This document shows positions 1-12,666 of a stretch of DNA of 64,000 bases, piece by piece. Both the position numbers and the translations under genes were made by a program. The stretch is from the NCBI GenBank assembly GCA_951406725.2, contig OX597822.1:108624001-108688000 (forward strand), in the 5' to 3' direction. The stretch is from Octopus vulgaris (taxonomy: Eukaryota). The notes beneath the pieces are model-generated. The model did no database searches. It was not told the DNA's origin and was given only the letters and a program-made list of their open reading frames with translations. Each line of letters starts with the position of its first letter. The stretch's first letter is position 1.

Positions 1-792
1 GCATATATATTTATTTACTTGAACAGTTATATAAAAGAGAGCATCATCAGTAACTAGATCTTAATAGAAAGTTCCAGGGCTTCAATGTGTCACGTCACTA
101 TATAATGTAACGTTACATTATATAAGTTAATATTTTGAACTGTATGCCACCAAAGTACAGTCTACCTATTCAGTTTAAAAGAGGTGTAACTTTTAAAGCA
201 AATATGAAAACGATAGTACAGAGAAGCATATGACATCCAAGTGAATCTAATTAAGAAATGCTTTTGATATATGTTCTAAAAATTGACAACAATACCAAGA
301 GCAAGAAAATGAAATGTGTCACAGAGTTCATCACGTATTTAATATCTTTTCCTGTTTCTTCACACAAATTCACTATTAATTAATGAATGTTAGAATAATG
401 CCAAACAAATTCAAATGTCTTACACTGACAGACTAACGTTGGGTATTATGAAGAAGAAAAAAAACGTTTTTTCAGATAGAAGATACATGAAGTGGGAAAA
501 TAGAATTATTTTCAAATTCGTGATATGAACACGATGTTAAAATACCTGCGTAAAGCCAATTTGAAGACATATTTTACAATTTGATCAACAACGAACAATA
601 TAATGAGTCCTGAAATCATATTCTATTTGAAGAACTCTATCACTGGAAATCTAGGTTACTGGTTTGAAGAGGATACAATTACTGGATGTTGATATAAATG
701 CCAGGCAATATACATACATATATGTGCGTATGTATATATGTATGTATGCGTGTACATATATACATACACACATATATATATGCATACATATG

Positions 793-1250
793 TACTACTC
801 TCTCCAGCGTCGCCGTGAGCGGTACATCATTTGTAAGATGTGGAGAATATACCACCAACTTTGCCCAAACGACCTGAACATTAGCTCCAAGGTTCATCCA
901 AGACTGGGAACACGGGCCATACGTCCCCTGCCCAATTCAAGATCACAGCATACACGTACACTGCAACATAATTTCTTTTCCTCAACAGGCCCTGCCCTAT
1001 TTAGAATTGTCCCGATAGAGATCAAAGAGGGAAAGGATCCCATCAACTTTAAAGGGGGTCTGGATAGATTCCTTCAAGGAATACCAGATAAGCCCCCCAT
1101 TATTGGATACAACTCACCCAACAAAAACTCACTACTTGAATGGACCATAAACAAAACTTGACTTAAACAGGATTCAGATAATCCTATCAGGTGGTGCTAT
1201 TAAGTTAGACATGGCCTGGACCAATCTTTGGTCGAAACATATCTAAGTTT
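793..1250 (+). mobile_element. 3' end of a CR1/L2-group LINE (ORF2 C-terminus plus 3' UTR), 5'-truncated
   Basis: Frame reads YYSLQRRRERYIICKMWRI...HPRLG...GPALFRIVP..IK......FKGGLDRFLQGIPDKP...NSLLEW, stop at 1161, resembling CR1/L2-group ORF2 C-termini (SLxRRRER, GPxLFNxLP, FKxxLDxFL). Short 3' UTR with hairpin GACCAATCTTTGGTC, then (TA)n. The ORF part upstream of 793 is microsatellite. Confidence 0.75.
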
Positions 1251-1302
1251 ATATATATATATATATATATACATAAAAGCACACACACACACACGCAGCC
1301 CC

Positions 1303-1348
<46 letters not shown>

Positions 1349-3177
1349 TGTCTATACATGTTATACATCTGTACGCAGGCATGTATAAATACACAGTAGG
1401 TGTATATTAATCCATCAAGTGTCAATACACATCATCGTCATAGTAATAGCCGGGTCTTGTTCTTGTAAGAAGAAATCTCATTGATGGAGCTGAGAATCAG
1501 ATGTCAAGGTGGGAAGATTATTACTACACATCTAAGGTTGTAGATTGACGAGAGAGAGATGTGGGAAGAGAGGGAAATGGAGGGTCATAGATTTGGAGAA
1601 AGAAACAATTGGCATTTAACACTGTAGGATGCAGGCAGGATAGACATGCAGGTAAGGAGACAGTGAAATACTCCTAAGGAGGTGAAGTACATATCGAACG
1701 ATTGAAATTTCTTTGAAAGGGTAAATTTAAAAATGGAAGCTTCCTCTCGATTTACGGAGAAATCCGGGAAAGCTTTAAAGATTGAATGAATAATAATTTG
1801 TATTTTAAAAGTAGAGTGGTAGGAGAAGAATCTAGACCCGAAAAAAATGAATAAGACAATGGTGAAGGGAAGGAACAAACCGCGCCATTTTTGATTTGTT
1901 CAAGACTTGTAGCAATACACATGCAAGCATCGTGCATTCTTATAGGCATACTTATATACGTGCGTGTGCTAATATATGTGTATGTGTTATAACAGTGTTT
2001 GTGTTATCACTAGATATATTTGTACTAATAACGACACAGTATATACTCATACCTGCATATATTCATACTTACATATACTTATACGTACATACCTACAATT
2101 AGAGCACTTGAGTTTGTTAGTAAATGCTTAACTGTCAGTCTGGAAAAGCTTGCAGTTTCAGAAAAAATTATCAACCAACATATTCTCACATTACAAATAC
2201 AATCTGTACGCGGAAGAGTAAAGCTATGCAAGACTTTTCTCAGGTTTAAATGTAACATTGTTGCCTATATTTTCTAATGACGGAAATTTGTATCATTGTT
2301 AGAAAGGAGCCCCTTCTTCAGAGGAAGAATTTAATTCATGAAATACAGAAGAGACATATATATATATAATCGTGTGTACGTACATATATGCACACATTCA
2401 TGCATACATATGTGCATGCATACGTGCATTCCCGCATACTTACTTCTCTATCGGCAAGAGATCTTGAACTAAAACTGAACAAAGCCATAACACAATATAT
2501 ACATACATACTAACATATATACATATATACATATATGCATATATACATACATACAGAGAATAGAAGTATAAGTGTAGATTAAAAAAAAATTGCATTTATC
2601 CCAATAACAATTCATACACTTTGTTCTATAAATAAATGCCTAACTGAGAGTTTGCATAACCTTGGATCTTGAGAAAAAGAAATCAATCAAATAACTCGAA
2701 CAGTTACGATATATCAATGGAACAGTAAAAATATGCAAATCTATTCCCAAATCTAAAAAGTGGTATCATTTTTGTCATCTATATTCCCCAAAAAGATATT
2801 TTTTATCTGTTACAATCCAACTCATTCCTCTGAGAAATATTTTAAATAATTAAGAGAACATACCTTCCTACATACACACACACACACGTATATGTGTCTA
2901 TGTTTAATGTTATACATTCTGATAAAATAGTCACTTTATATAGCAACGTAAGGAAACCGGTTTTGGAGATTTGTTAAATTTAATCCGAAATGAAAATAAG
3001 GACAATAAATAAAAACTGAATAAATAGTAAAAGTACAACTACATATCTGTGCATGAATATGAGCGAAGAAGCACACACACACACACATACGCAAACACAT
3101 GTCTGGACGTATTTAAATATGTAGATACCAAAATGCACACACATTTATACACATATACATATATATGAATATATATA

Positions 3178-3286
<109 letters not shown>

Positions 3287-4120
3287 CAGAGATTGCGACA
3301 CACACACAGATATTGGCATTCATGCACACGCATATTTATGTATTATATATAAACAAGTATATGCACTTAAACACGACCGCATATATCTAAATGCACACAT
3401 TATTAACTTATAACGCCATTTTGGAGTAGGCATGTTTGTTTTAGCTTTAGTTTTAACTTGCGTATATAAATATATGCTTGTGTGTATATCAACATATTCG
3501 TAGTTGTGTTCATGATAAGTATACAGAATCAAATTCTTATATGCGCACATATGTGGTGGTGATGAATGTACACAGACACACACACCAACACACACACACA
3601 TATACACATATAGAATCATGTATAAAAACCACACAATATATTCAAACAAAAGTTCTGTAATTACTGTGACACAATCTCAGCTATGCAATTACCGTGACCA
3701 GCCCAATGAGGTTGAAAACAAATGAAAATACGTAACGCCTTCCAAATTTATGACATCATTCTGTTCCGAATGTGAAAACACGTTAGACATACAAATTTAA
3801 TATTTCCAAGTTCAGCTAATGCAATTAGTGTATGAAATAATATATCACGACTTAGATAATGCAGTAAGCATATGGAAAGAAGAAATAATGTTGATTTAGA
3901 GATATGATGCGTGAAAAAAACATTAAACAAAATCAAACGAATTACGTGTGCATTTTGTAAAATTTAATTAATTACAATTACTTCGAATCGATGGAGTAGC
4001 CAACAAAATCTCTAACAGACGCGTGCGCGCTCACACTCATAAACAGAGAGACAAACACAGAGACGCACGCGCACGCACACACACACACGTACACACATGG
4101 CGTTCCAACTCTTAACCCAC

Positions 4121-5190
4121 TTCGACATGGCAGACCTCAATTTTGATAAAGTGAAGGCAGCGGGGTAAAAGCAACTACATGCAGGTTCTGGCCCAAGGCC
4201 ATCTGGTACAGAGTACAGAATTTGCAAAAATTCGCCACACCTGTGAACGAGTGAAAGACTCTAAGGAAATATTTTATATTCTGGAAAGAGAAACAGGAAA
4301 TCAGGCTCTGGATGCTCGCTAAAAAATCTCAGCAGGACGTTTGAATGCCGAGAGAAAGAACTTTAGGCGCACTATAGCAAAAGGTTAAAGTCATATATAT
4401 TTGTCAAATGAGTATATCGACACGTTTCTCCTGAAACAATGGTCCTAGGTTACTCTGAATGGCTCAAGCAGAGATCAACGATCAGCCATGATGGTATTAA
4501 GGAAGCAAGGAGGAACCCCCAACTCAACCTCAGTGGTATTGCTGAATCATACCACATCGTATCCAAGCGTGCATTAGCAGCTTCTCTGAAGTGCATTGGT
4601 GTACTACCAAGGGCCAAAAGATGTATTCAGACTCATAATGTCCTACATAAATTCACTGAGGGTGATGTTCACTGTGGTAAATATCACCACTGAGTAGAAA
4701 TGATTTGAAAAATACATTATGTCAGTTTGCGCAGGTGCCGTGATACCATTCATGGTGGCCATGAACCTATTGCTACGGGTTAGAGGTAAGCAGTGAAAAG
4801 GTCCAGAAGCTGACACAAACACGGTGAATCTAGTTTGCAGCGCGTTCATTGACGACGTAATGGTTGTGACACCATCATTAGAAGGGGACGTGTGGGCATT
4901 AAGCTCGCTGGAATAGATGGCCACATAGTCACGCTTTAATATTAACCCATCGAAATCTTGGAGCCTAAATATCCTTCAGCATTCGGAGCAACGGGTTTCC
5001 GCTATTCCGAGTCTACTGCTATGGGAGGAATTTCAATTATATCCTTAATAATACTGGAAATGCGAAAGGCACCAAAACCCAGCTTGTAGCTGACTAAAGG
5101 CTGTTGATAAAATCCAGCTACTAAGAAGGAGCAAGATATGTTGCTTCCAGTATCGTATCATTTCCAATCTGCAGTGGTCACTTTTTCATT
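4121..5190 (+). mobile_element. Degenerate reverse transcriptase of a Hero-like (RLE-type) non-LTR retrotransposon
   Basis: Broken frames give GSGPRPSGTEYRICKNSP (cf. SAPGPSGVPYKVYKNCP), VLGYSEWLKQRSTISH..IKEARRN, and FMVAMNLLL...KGP...CSAFIDDVMVVTPSLEGDVWALSSLE*MAT*SRFNINPSKSWSL (cf. RAFMDD...W.L..LE....WARM.FKP.KSRSL). Many stops and frameshifts. Confidence 0.75.
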
Positions 5191-7194
5191 ATTTCATCCA
5201 ATGTTTGAAAAGTCATGTCAGGATTGGACAGACGATAGGAAAACTCGTCTAGTTTTAAGAACACTAGGGACATCAGAGTGTGAGAAGTAATTTCATATTG
5301 CCAAAAAAAAAAAAATAATAATAATAATAAAGTAAACGTCTGACATAAATTTCACTCACACAGTTGACAATTTGTGCAAAATGTTGAGTCAAAAGAGTCC
5401 ACTTTTGTAATACTAGATGGAAATGTTTAAACATATATATCAACTATATCTGTCCAGTATTTATTATATATAAAATATTTAATATGCTACGAATTTATGG
5501 TGCAGTAGGAATTATCCCCTTTTATTATTCATGCTATTAAGAAAAAATATATTTCATTACGCCAAAATATTTAGAAAAATTCGTTAATCTCACAAAATTC
5601 AACGCGCTATTAATTAAGAAAAGTAATTAAAATACTTTATCTTCACGAGGCCAATACTGAATAATATTATAAATTACACAGTTTTCATTGTCTATAATCA
5701 CCTATACTAAAATCGATATCAAAATAAAAATTACGTAGTTTTATTAAAGAAAAACTTAAAAAAAACAACATAAATATACACTCTCATATTAATATAATTT
5801 TGCGTCAATATAAATTTAGTTTAGCAGTAAAAAAACTTTTCAACAACTACTTATTCATTCAAAATTTTGTTTTAAATACGCCGACATTAAACTGTTTTAT
5901 AAAATTGCGATTATTTATTACCCATACTGATTTGTACATAATAAATAAATGAATTATCAGATTTTTACTTAGCATTACAGAGGAAAATAACTTAGTTTAA
6001 ATCAATTTTTATAATTTTTATGGGTATATGATTTCGAAAAGAACAGAAGAACAGGATATACACAAAATTAATTCACAAAGTATGATAGTGTCTACGATGA
6101 ATATTAATATATGCATAATTTTTAAAAATATACAGTTATATTTAAGAATTACCATAACCTTCATTTATGTACTAATATAATGATTATGTTTTGTAATTAT
6201 TACAAATAGATAAATAGATAAAAAAACAGAAATTTACTTAGTTTTTTCAGAGGAAAATAAACCACTGTAAATCAATGTTTATAAACTTATATATTCAACG
6301 GGACTGGTGATACGTTATATAAAAATATAAATGTTTTAATCACTAAAGATTCCTTCACAAATCTATTGGTATATTATTATTATTAAGTTAAATTTAAGTA
6401 TAATAAAGATAATATTATTCTAAATTCGTAAGTAAACCTCAAAGGTAGCTCCTTCTTAGGGTTCATATTTTAATTCCCTTCAGGAATTTGCTACATGTTC
6501 TTGTGAAAAAATACCCTCCTGTTTGTTTATCAACTTCGTTAGTTTTAATATTTGTTTCGCCAATATTGTTGTTGTACTCGTTCTTCGTTGAGTTGTTGTT
6601 GCTGCTGTTTTTGCAACTCAACTATCCCACATGATATATATTCCATATTTTGCGATTTTCTTAAGGTTGCACAAGATTTTTGTTTCTTTTTTGTCGAGGT
6701 ATTAACTTTCCCACGTAAATTAGTTTAACATGTCCGCGGGAATGTGTTCTTTGTTTTTCACCGCGTAAATTTGTGTTTCCTCGTCGCTATTGTTTTAAAG
6801 CGGTCTTTTGCCACTGTTGTCTCTGGCCCTTGACGACGGTTACCACTCTTATAGATACTGTTATATTACGAAGACATCGATAGGATGGTACTATCTGGCA
6901 ATGGGCGACCCTTATTCATGCAGCATCTTTATGCACAAAAAGTTGAATCGATATATCGTCCATTCATTATCACAATATAATTACAATATCCGCACAGACA
7001 CGACTATCTACATGCACTCTCGACCTTCCTTATCGGCTACTGGTCTATTAATAATGGCTGCCTACTACCACAATTTACAGCACAGGGGTGTACAGTTTCC
7101 TTATACAACAGTGACACTCAATACATTTTTTGTGCGCCCTTCTTTCGTTTATCGACTCACTTGTATACACACACACGCGCGCGCGCGCACGCAC

Positions 7195-7262
<68 letters not shown>

Positions 7263-7342
7263 TGTGATCGTGACTTGTCTGCTCATTCCCAGGAAGATAT
7301 GCAACCTATGATGAATGCGATTTAAGCAGCATGTTCATAAGT

Positions 7343-7504
7343 TGTTTGAGTCGTGCGGGCGTGGTCATCCATCAGAGAACTCACGAGAACTGACGCATGG
7401 TAAATTGCAATATGGCTATTGCTCACAAGAGAACATATGCAACGTTTGGAAATGTGTTCCTCTCATTTAGAGGATTAAAAAGGCACGTCGAAAGAGTTCA
7501 TACT
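7343..7504 (+). pseudogene. Two degenerate C2H2 zinc-finger-like motifs, possibly a LINE C-terminus relic
   Basis: CLSRAGVVIHQRTH (from 7343) and CNV-(frameshift)-GNVFLSFRGLKRHVERVH (7438-7501); no intact ORF. Confidence 0.45.
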
Positions 7505-7577
7505 GTGGCACCATTTTCGTCTGCGATCTAGCACTGCAGTTCACTATCTAAACGAATGTGCAAAACTTAAAAAATTA

Positions 7578-7814
7578 CGCGGCGAGCTGGCAGAAACGTT
7601 AGCACGCCGGGCGAAATGCTTAGCGGTATTTCGTTTGCCGTTATATTCTGTCCGAGTCCAAATTCCGCCGAGGTCGACTCCATCTTTTATCCTTTCGGGG
7701 TCGATAAATTAAGTACCAGTTTCGCACTCCGGTTGATGTAATCGACTTTATCCCTTTGTCTGTCCTGGTTTGACCCCTCTATGTTTAGTCCCTTATGGGC
7801 AATAAAGAAATAAG
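7578..7814 (+). mobile_element. SINE family B (head GCGGCGAGCTGGCAGAAACGTTAG)
   Basis: tRNA-like A-box head, altered B-box (GTCCAAATTCC), central ATCCTTTCGGGGTCGATAAATTAAGTACCAG, A-rich end AATAAAGAAATAAG. Homologous to copies at 25.9 and 49.3 kb. Confidence 0.85.
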
Positions 7815-8164
7815 CTTGTGAAAAACTTCCACTGGGCTCAAGAGGCACATGCGGACAACACATTGCATCCACATTTACTCATTTCAAAATGTATATATAT
7901 AATTCAATACAAGGAAAATAGTTGCTTTAATGGGGATGGGAAAAATCAATTTTTCAAAGATTTTTCAGTAAATACCTAAGATTGCAGAGAAAGACTATTC
8001 ACAACTCAAAAAGATATACATTCAATGTACAAAAATTAAGAGAAAATGGGGAATTTCCGATTAAGATATTTTAACTTTGATTTATTAGCATAATATTACG
8101 ATGAATATAATATAATATAATATAATATAATATAATATAATATGAATATAACTACAAATAATAA

Positions 8165-8247
8165 TCCTACAAATTGTTTCGATTCATACATAATAATGAA
8201 TTTATAAAAAAAAAAATCCTATTTATTTGTATCAATTTCATCAGGGA
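8165..8247 (-). ncRNA. Minimal type I hammerhead ribozyme motif, stems partly degraded
   Basis: Minus strand: UCC-CUGAUGA-AAUUGAUACA...UGUAUGAAUC-GAAA-CAAUUUG-UA-GGA. Core intact, GUA site, stem II has two mismatches, stem I only 3 bp. Followed by (AUUAU)n. Confidence 0.55.
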
Positions 8248-8471
8248 AATAATGGACAAAATTCGTCAACAATTTTAAAATGCAATAAACATAACAATAA
8301 AAAATCCACTAACTAACATGAATAAAAACGAGTATAAGTGTCTTAATATTCTTTATAATATATATATATATATATATATATTATACATGTGTATATGTGT
8401 GTGTATGTGTGTGTATATGTATATGTATACATATATGTAACTCTCTCTCTCTCTGTATAAATATATATCTT

Positions 8472-8650
8472 TACAGGGTTGGCCAAAAGACACCTGACTG
8501 TAAATCAAAACAATTTAATTGCATGGTTAAAATATTAAAAAAATATTTTACCTGAGACATCGCTAATAAGTAGACATATGGTGAAAGAAAGAAAAGTGTT
8601 AATTTTAATCTCACAGCATTCGCTTATTAGATACTCATTCATAAATTATT
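8472..8650 (+). mobile_element. Possible left end of a Tc1/mariner-type DNA transposon
   Basis: TA-CAGGGTTGGCCAAAAG resembles Tc1/mariner TIR starts (TA + CAGGG); no matching right end found. Confidence 0.3.
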
Positions 8651-8656
8651 TACATG

Positions 8657-8695
<39 letters not shown>

Positions 8696-8912
8696 ATATA
8701 TATAGCAATAATTAATGTCTGAGCGAGATATGAGCAGTACCAGCGCGACACCGTGACGTATATTTGCCAAATACTGATATGGCACACAGTGTGTCAATAA
8801 CCAGCTGGAGGGGATGCCTTCCTGGAGCTATAAGCTACAGTAACATCGTCCCTTTTGGTTCAGCCACATTTAGGTGGCAAGTATAATTCACGAAACACAC
8901 ACACACACACAC

Positions 8913-8943
<31 letters not shown>

Positions 8944-8967
8944 CAAAGGTATATATAAACATGTGTA

Positions 8968-9027
<60 letters not shown>

Positions 9028-9168
9028 TATATATATATATATATTAATATAAGAATCGGCTGCACATGACTTAAAACTTTCTGACCGTGTACAATACCTC
9101 CATCTCATCAGTGTCTAGGAGCCTGTGCATAGTTTTGAGGACATTGAAGATGGCATATATTTGAAGAT

Positions 9169-9231
<63 letters not shown>

Positions 9232-10651
9232 AGGCTAGGTGGTATAAATGCTATGCAAACAACTGAAGCTACTTTCCTGAATTGCCTACTTTGCACGAGA
9301 GAATACGTATACCCCATTAACCTACAATATTTATTACCGAAAAGACGAACTATCTTATAGCTAGTATGGGTACGGCGTCTTAATGCGCTTGAAGGTTCTC
9401 GAAGCTAGCAACCCAGATATGCAGCGGCGTTCAATTGCTTTAGTAGTCCTTCTAGTCATGTTGACATAATATTGAAATGAATAATATAAAGTAATATATT
9501 TCTTTATCAGCTTTGGAATTTTACGTGTTGCTTATGGCACTGAAATTCAGTTTTCGTCTGCTTTGTGCTGGTCGTACTAGAAGCAGGAGTGATTGCCAGT
9601 AGCGCATCACACAAAGCGTGGAAAGCCATGCTTGTCGACACAAGAAATGCTAGTGACTTTAATAGCTTAGGTCGTGTTATTGTAAGTAATATCAGAGGCA
9701 GTAGTGTCTTGTTCAGAAAAAAATTTCAATACAGAATTGCCGTTTGTTTCCTGACTTGCTCTCCCACAGATATTTACCAGTCGTCGGTATTTTTTTATGA
9801 AGATTATTTTTTCTTTCGTTCATTTTTGTTAATGCATTGTGATTGTTTAGTTCACTGACCGTATGTCAATATGTTATTTTAATCCTGTGTATTATCTGTG
9901 TAAAATAATGCGCTTGATATAATGGAAGCTCTAAAATTTATTCGAGAGAATATCTATTTTATATCCGACCAAATCATTTTCGACAACAACCTGGAGCTGC
10001 AATGAGAAGAAAATTGCATTCTCCGTTTCAAATCTGGTTATAGTTATAGGCTATCTGGAAATTAAAGTGTACAAACAATCACGAATAAAATATGGAAAAA
10101 ATATGCACACAAACGGGAACATGAACCAGAACAATTGTTTCATTCTATAGAACGAAAGAATAGAGAAATACGGAGATGTTGAAAGACCTCCTTCATGAAG
10201 TTAATAAAAATGTACAATTCCCCGCGGAGAATATCCATATTTAACTACAATTTCTATCCATCCTAATAATTAAAGTCAACAACCATATAAAAAGCGAATA
10301 TTTACCATAAACCTACGGACTGCAGTTAATGTTTCCCATCCCAGTGAAGACATTCGATACACAACATAATATAAAACTCGCATATATAATCTAGCCAAAA
10401 GGATATGCGCTTTTATATCCAATATCCATGAAATCAAGTACTGAAGGAAGTATTCCTTTGCATGAATTACATTCTTTAATCGATAATGGAATATAAACCC
10501 AGCACTTCTATATCCAGGAATTAACACAACCAAAACAAGAATAAATCGCAATTATAATTATTATCATACATATCTACCCACTCGTCCCAAAACGATGAGA
10601 CCAAACGTATAACATTCTGTAAAGCTGAAAAAGGACACATGCGAAGGATAA

Positions 10652-10818
10652 AAGGAGTGGCTGTGTGGTAAGTAGCTTGCTAACGAACCACATGGTTCCG
10701 GGTTCAGTCCCACTGCGTTGCATCTTGGGCAAGTGCCTTCTGCTATAGCCCCGGGCTGACCAATGCCTTGTGAGTGGATTTGGTAGACGGAAACTGAAAG
10801 AAGACTGTCGTATATATG

Positions 10819-10851
<33 letters not shown>

Positions 10852-11063
10852 TTGTCTGTGTGTCTGCATTTGTCCCCCTAGCATTGCTTGACAACCGATG
10901 CTGGTGTGTTTACGTCCCCGTCACTTAGCGGTTCAGCAAAAGAGAACGATAGAATAAGTACTGGGCTTACAAAGAATAAGTCCCGGGGTCGATTTGCTGG
11001 ACTAAAAGGCGGTGCTCCAGCATGGCCGCAGTCAAATGACTGAAACAAGTAAAAGAGTAAAAA
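10652..11063 (+). mobile_element. SINE family A (~430 bp, internal (TA)n(TG)n, GTAAAAGA-repeat tail)
   Basis: Head AGGAGTGGCTGTGTGGTAAG...GGTTCAGTCCC (A/B boxes), CTTGGGCAAGTG, 3' end GGCCGCAGTCAAATGACTGAAACAAGTAAAAGAG. Closely similar to three other copies in the window. Confidence 0.9.
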
Positions 11064-11740
11064 TAGTATAATAAGAATAGAACTAATTGGAAAACAATGC
11101 GAAAGGTCCAAAAGTGATATGTGTTATATTTTGACAGAAAGATCGGCGATCCAATTTATGCGAGGACACATTTTCGCGATATTCCTATGTACATCTGAAA
11201 GCTTAATTTATGTTATTGTGGGCTTAAGATTTGGAAAGGGCATTAAATAAAATCTTCGGGTTGATGTTAATGCCAACACGTCATTATGCATAGATCAGAA
11301 ATCAACTAACGGAAATACAAAGAGTATGCATTGAACATAAACACATATGGGGGATTAAAAAACAATCAACATACGATTTTCCCCTAACAACATAATGCAA
11401 CGACAAAGCAGCAGGATCGAAACAGCCTTCATAAACCAGTAGCGAACGTTGTCAAATAACTTTTGGAGAGAAAAAGGAGCAAATTATAACCAAACCCACT
11501 GTAACTCTTGCTGAGGTCACAACTACTAGACGTGCAACTATGTATATAAAAGGCAGCCACGACTACTACTCACAAGCAATTCTTCAGAAGAATATAATCA
11601 CTCCTGCTCGTTCTGATTTTGCGAAGCAATAACTAGAGAGTGTTGCTAATACTGCGACAAAGTCATCTACAATATCTGCAACCATGAGAGACTCTTCGAT
11701 AAAAATCGGGATTTATGTCTCTCCCTCCCTCACTCTTTCT

Positions 11741-11827
<87 letters not shown>

Positions 11828-11853
11828 AATATGTTACATTACTCGGTAGTCAA

Positions 11854-11914
11854 GATAAAACTCTGAGTTTCAGATGCCGAAGTGGAAATCCACAACACCA
11901 TCTCTTCGGTTATC
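11854..11914 (-). ncRNA. Variant minimal hammerhead motif (U4C, extra U before GAAA)
   Basis: Minus strand: GAUAA-CCGAAGA-GAUG..GUGGA uu UCCAC..CAUC-U-GAAA-CUCAGAG-UU-UUAUC. Perfect 5-bp stem I, stem III ACUC-A-GAGU, GUU site. Confidence 0.55.
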
Positions 11915-11997
11915 TGGCTATTTGAAAACGCTATGAAAAAATACCATTAAATAAAGGGAAATTACTCTGTTATAACTCTGCTTGCCTGCGTACTTAT

Positions 11998-12049
11998 ACG
12001 TCCCCGTCAATTAGCGGTTCGGCAAAAGAGACCGATAGAATAAGTACTG
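11998..12049 (+). mobile_element. Internal fragment of SINE family A
   Basis: CGTCCCCGTCAATTAGCGGTTCGGCAAAAGAGACCGATAGAATAAGTACTG matches the 3' half of the family A copies. Confidence 0.8.
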
Positions 12050-12406
12050 CGTGTGAACTTGCATACATTCAAATTTTGTTAACTTTACCTTCTAAACGAA
12101 CATTACTTTTTTATGAACTATAAACTTACCTTATTTATATTTATATATATATATATGGATTCATGATAGTAGAATGAACGTTACTGTTTATGATTGTTAT
12201 TGTTGTGTTCGGGAGAAGGGTTTACATGTTGATTGCAGAGGAGATAGAGGAGGTAAATTGAATTAGAAGAATAAATGAATAACTTAAATAGAGATGATAC
12301 AGGAAATTTAAATATAAATAAGGCAAGTTTATAGTACATAAAAGAATGGAATGTTCGTTTAGAAGGTAAAGTTAACAAAATTTGAATGTATGCAAGTTCA
12401 CACGCA
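12048..12406. repeat. Inverted repeat, ~97-bp arms, ~165-bp spacer
   Basis: 12048-12143 (TGCGTGTGAACTTGCATACATTCAAATTTTGTTAAC...) is the reverse complement of 12309-12406 with few mismatches. Confidence 0.9.
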
Positions 12407-12600
12407 TAAATACATACATATATACATACATACATATGTATATATATATATATATTTAAATAATGAGGGAGATAAATTAATATTAATTTTAATATCAATT
12501 TAAAACCAGTAATCCAGCATACAAAAAATATGAGAAGTCAGAGACAATTCTAATATATGTGTATATTGTATGTCTGTGAATTCAGATACACACACACACA

Positions 12601-12661
<61 letters not shown>

Positions 12662-12666
<5 letters not shown>

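Noticed and set aside
1205-1250. GACCAATCTTTGGTC-GAAAC hairpin
   Set aside because: Lacks CUGANGA; better explained as the LINE 3' UTR stem-loop.
6808-7311. 167-aa ORF
   Set aside because: Non-ATG start, no recognisable domain, and the last third is (CA)n.
11540-11580. TATATAAAAGGC TATA-box-like motif
   Set aside because: Common in AT-rich DNA; no linked gene or paired LTR.
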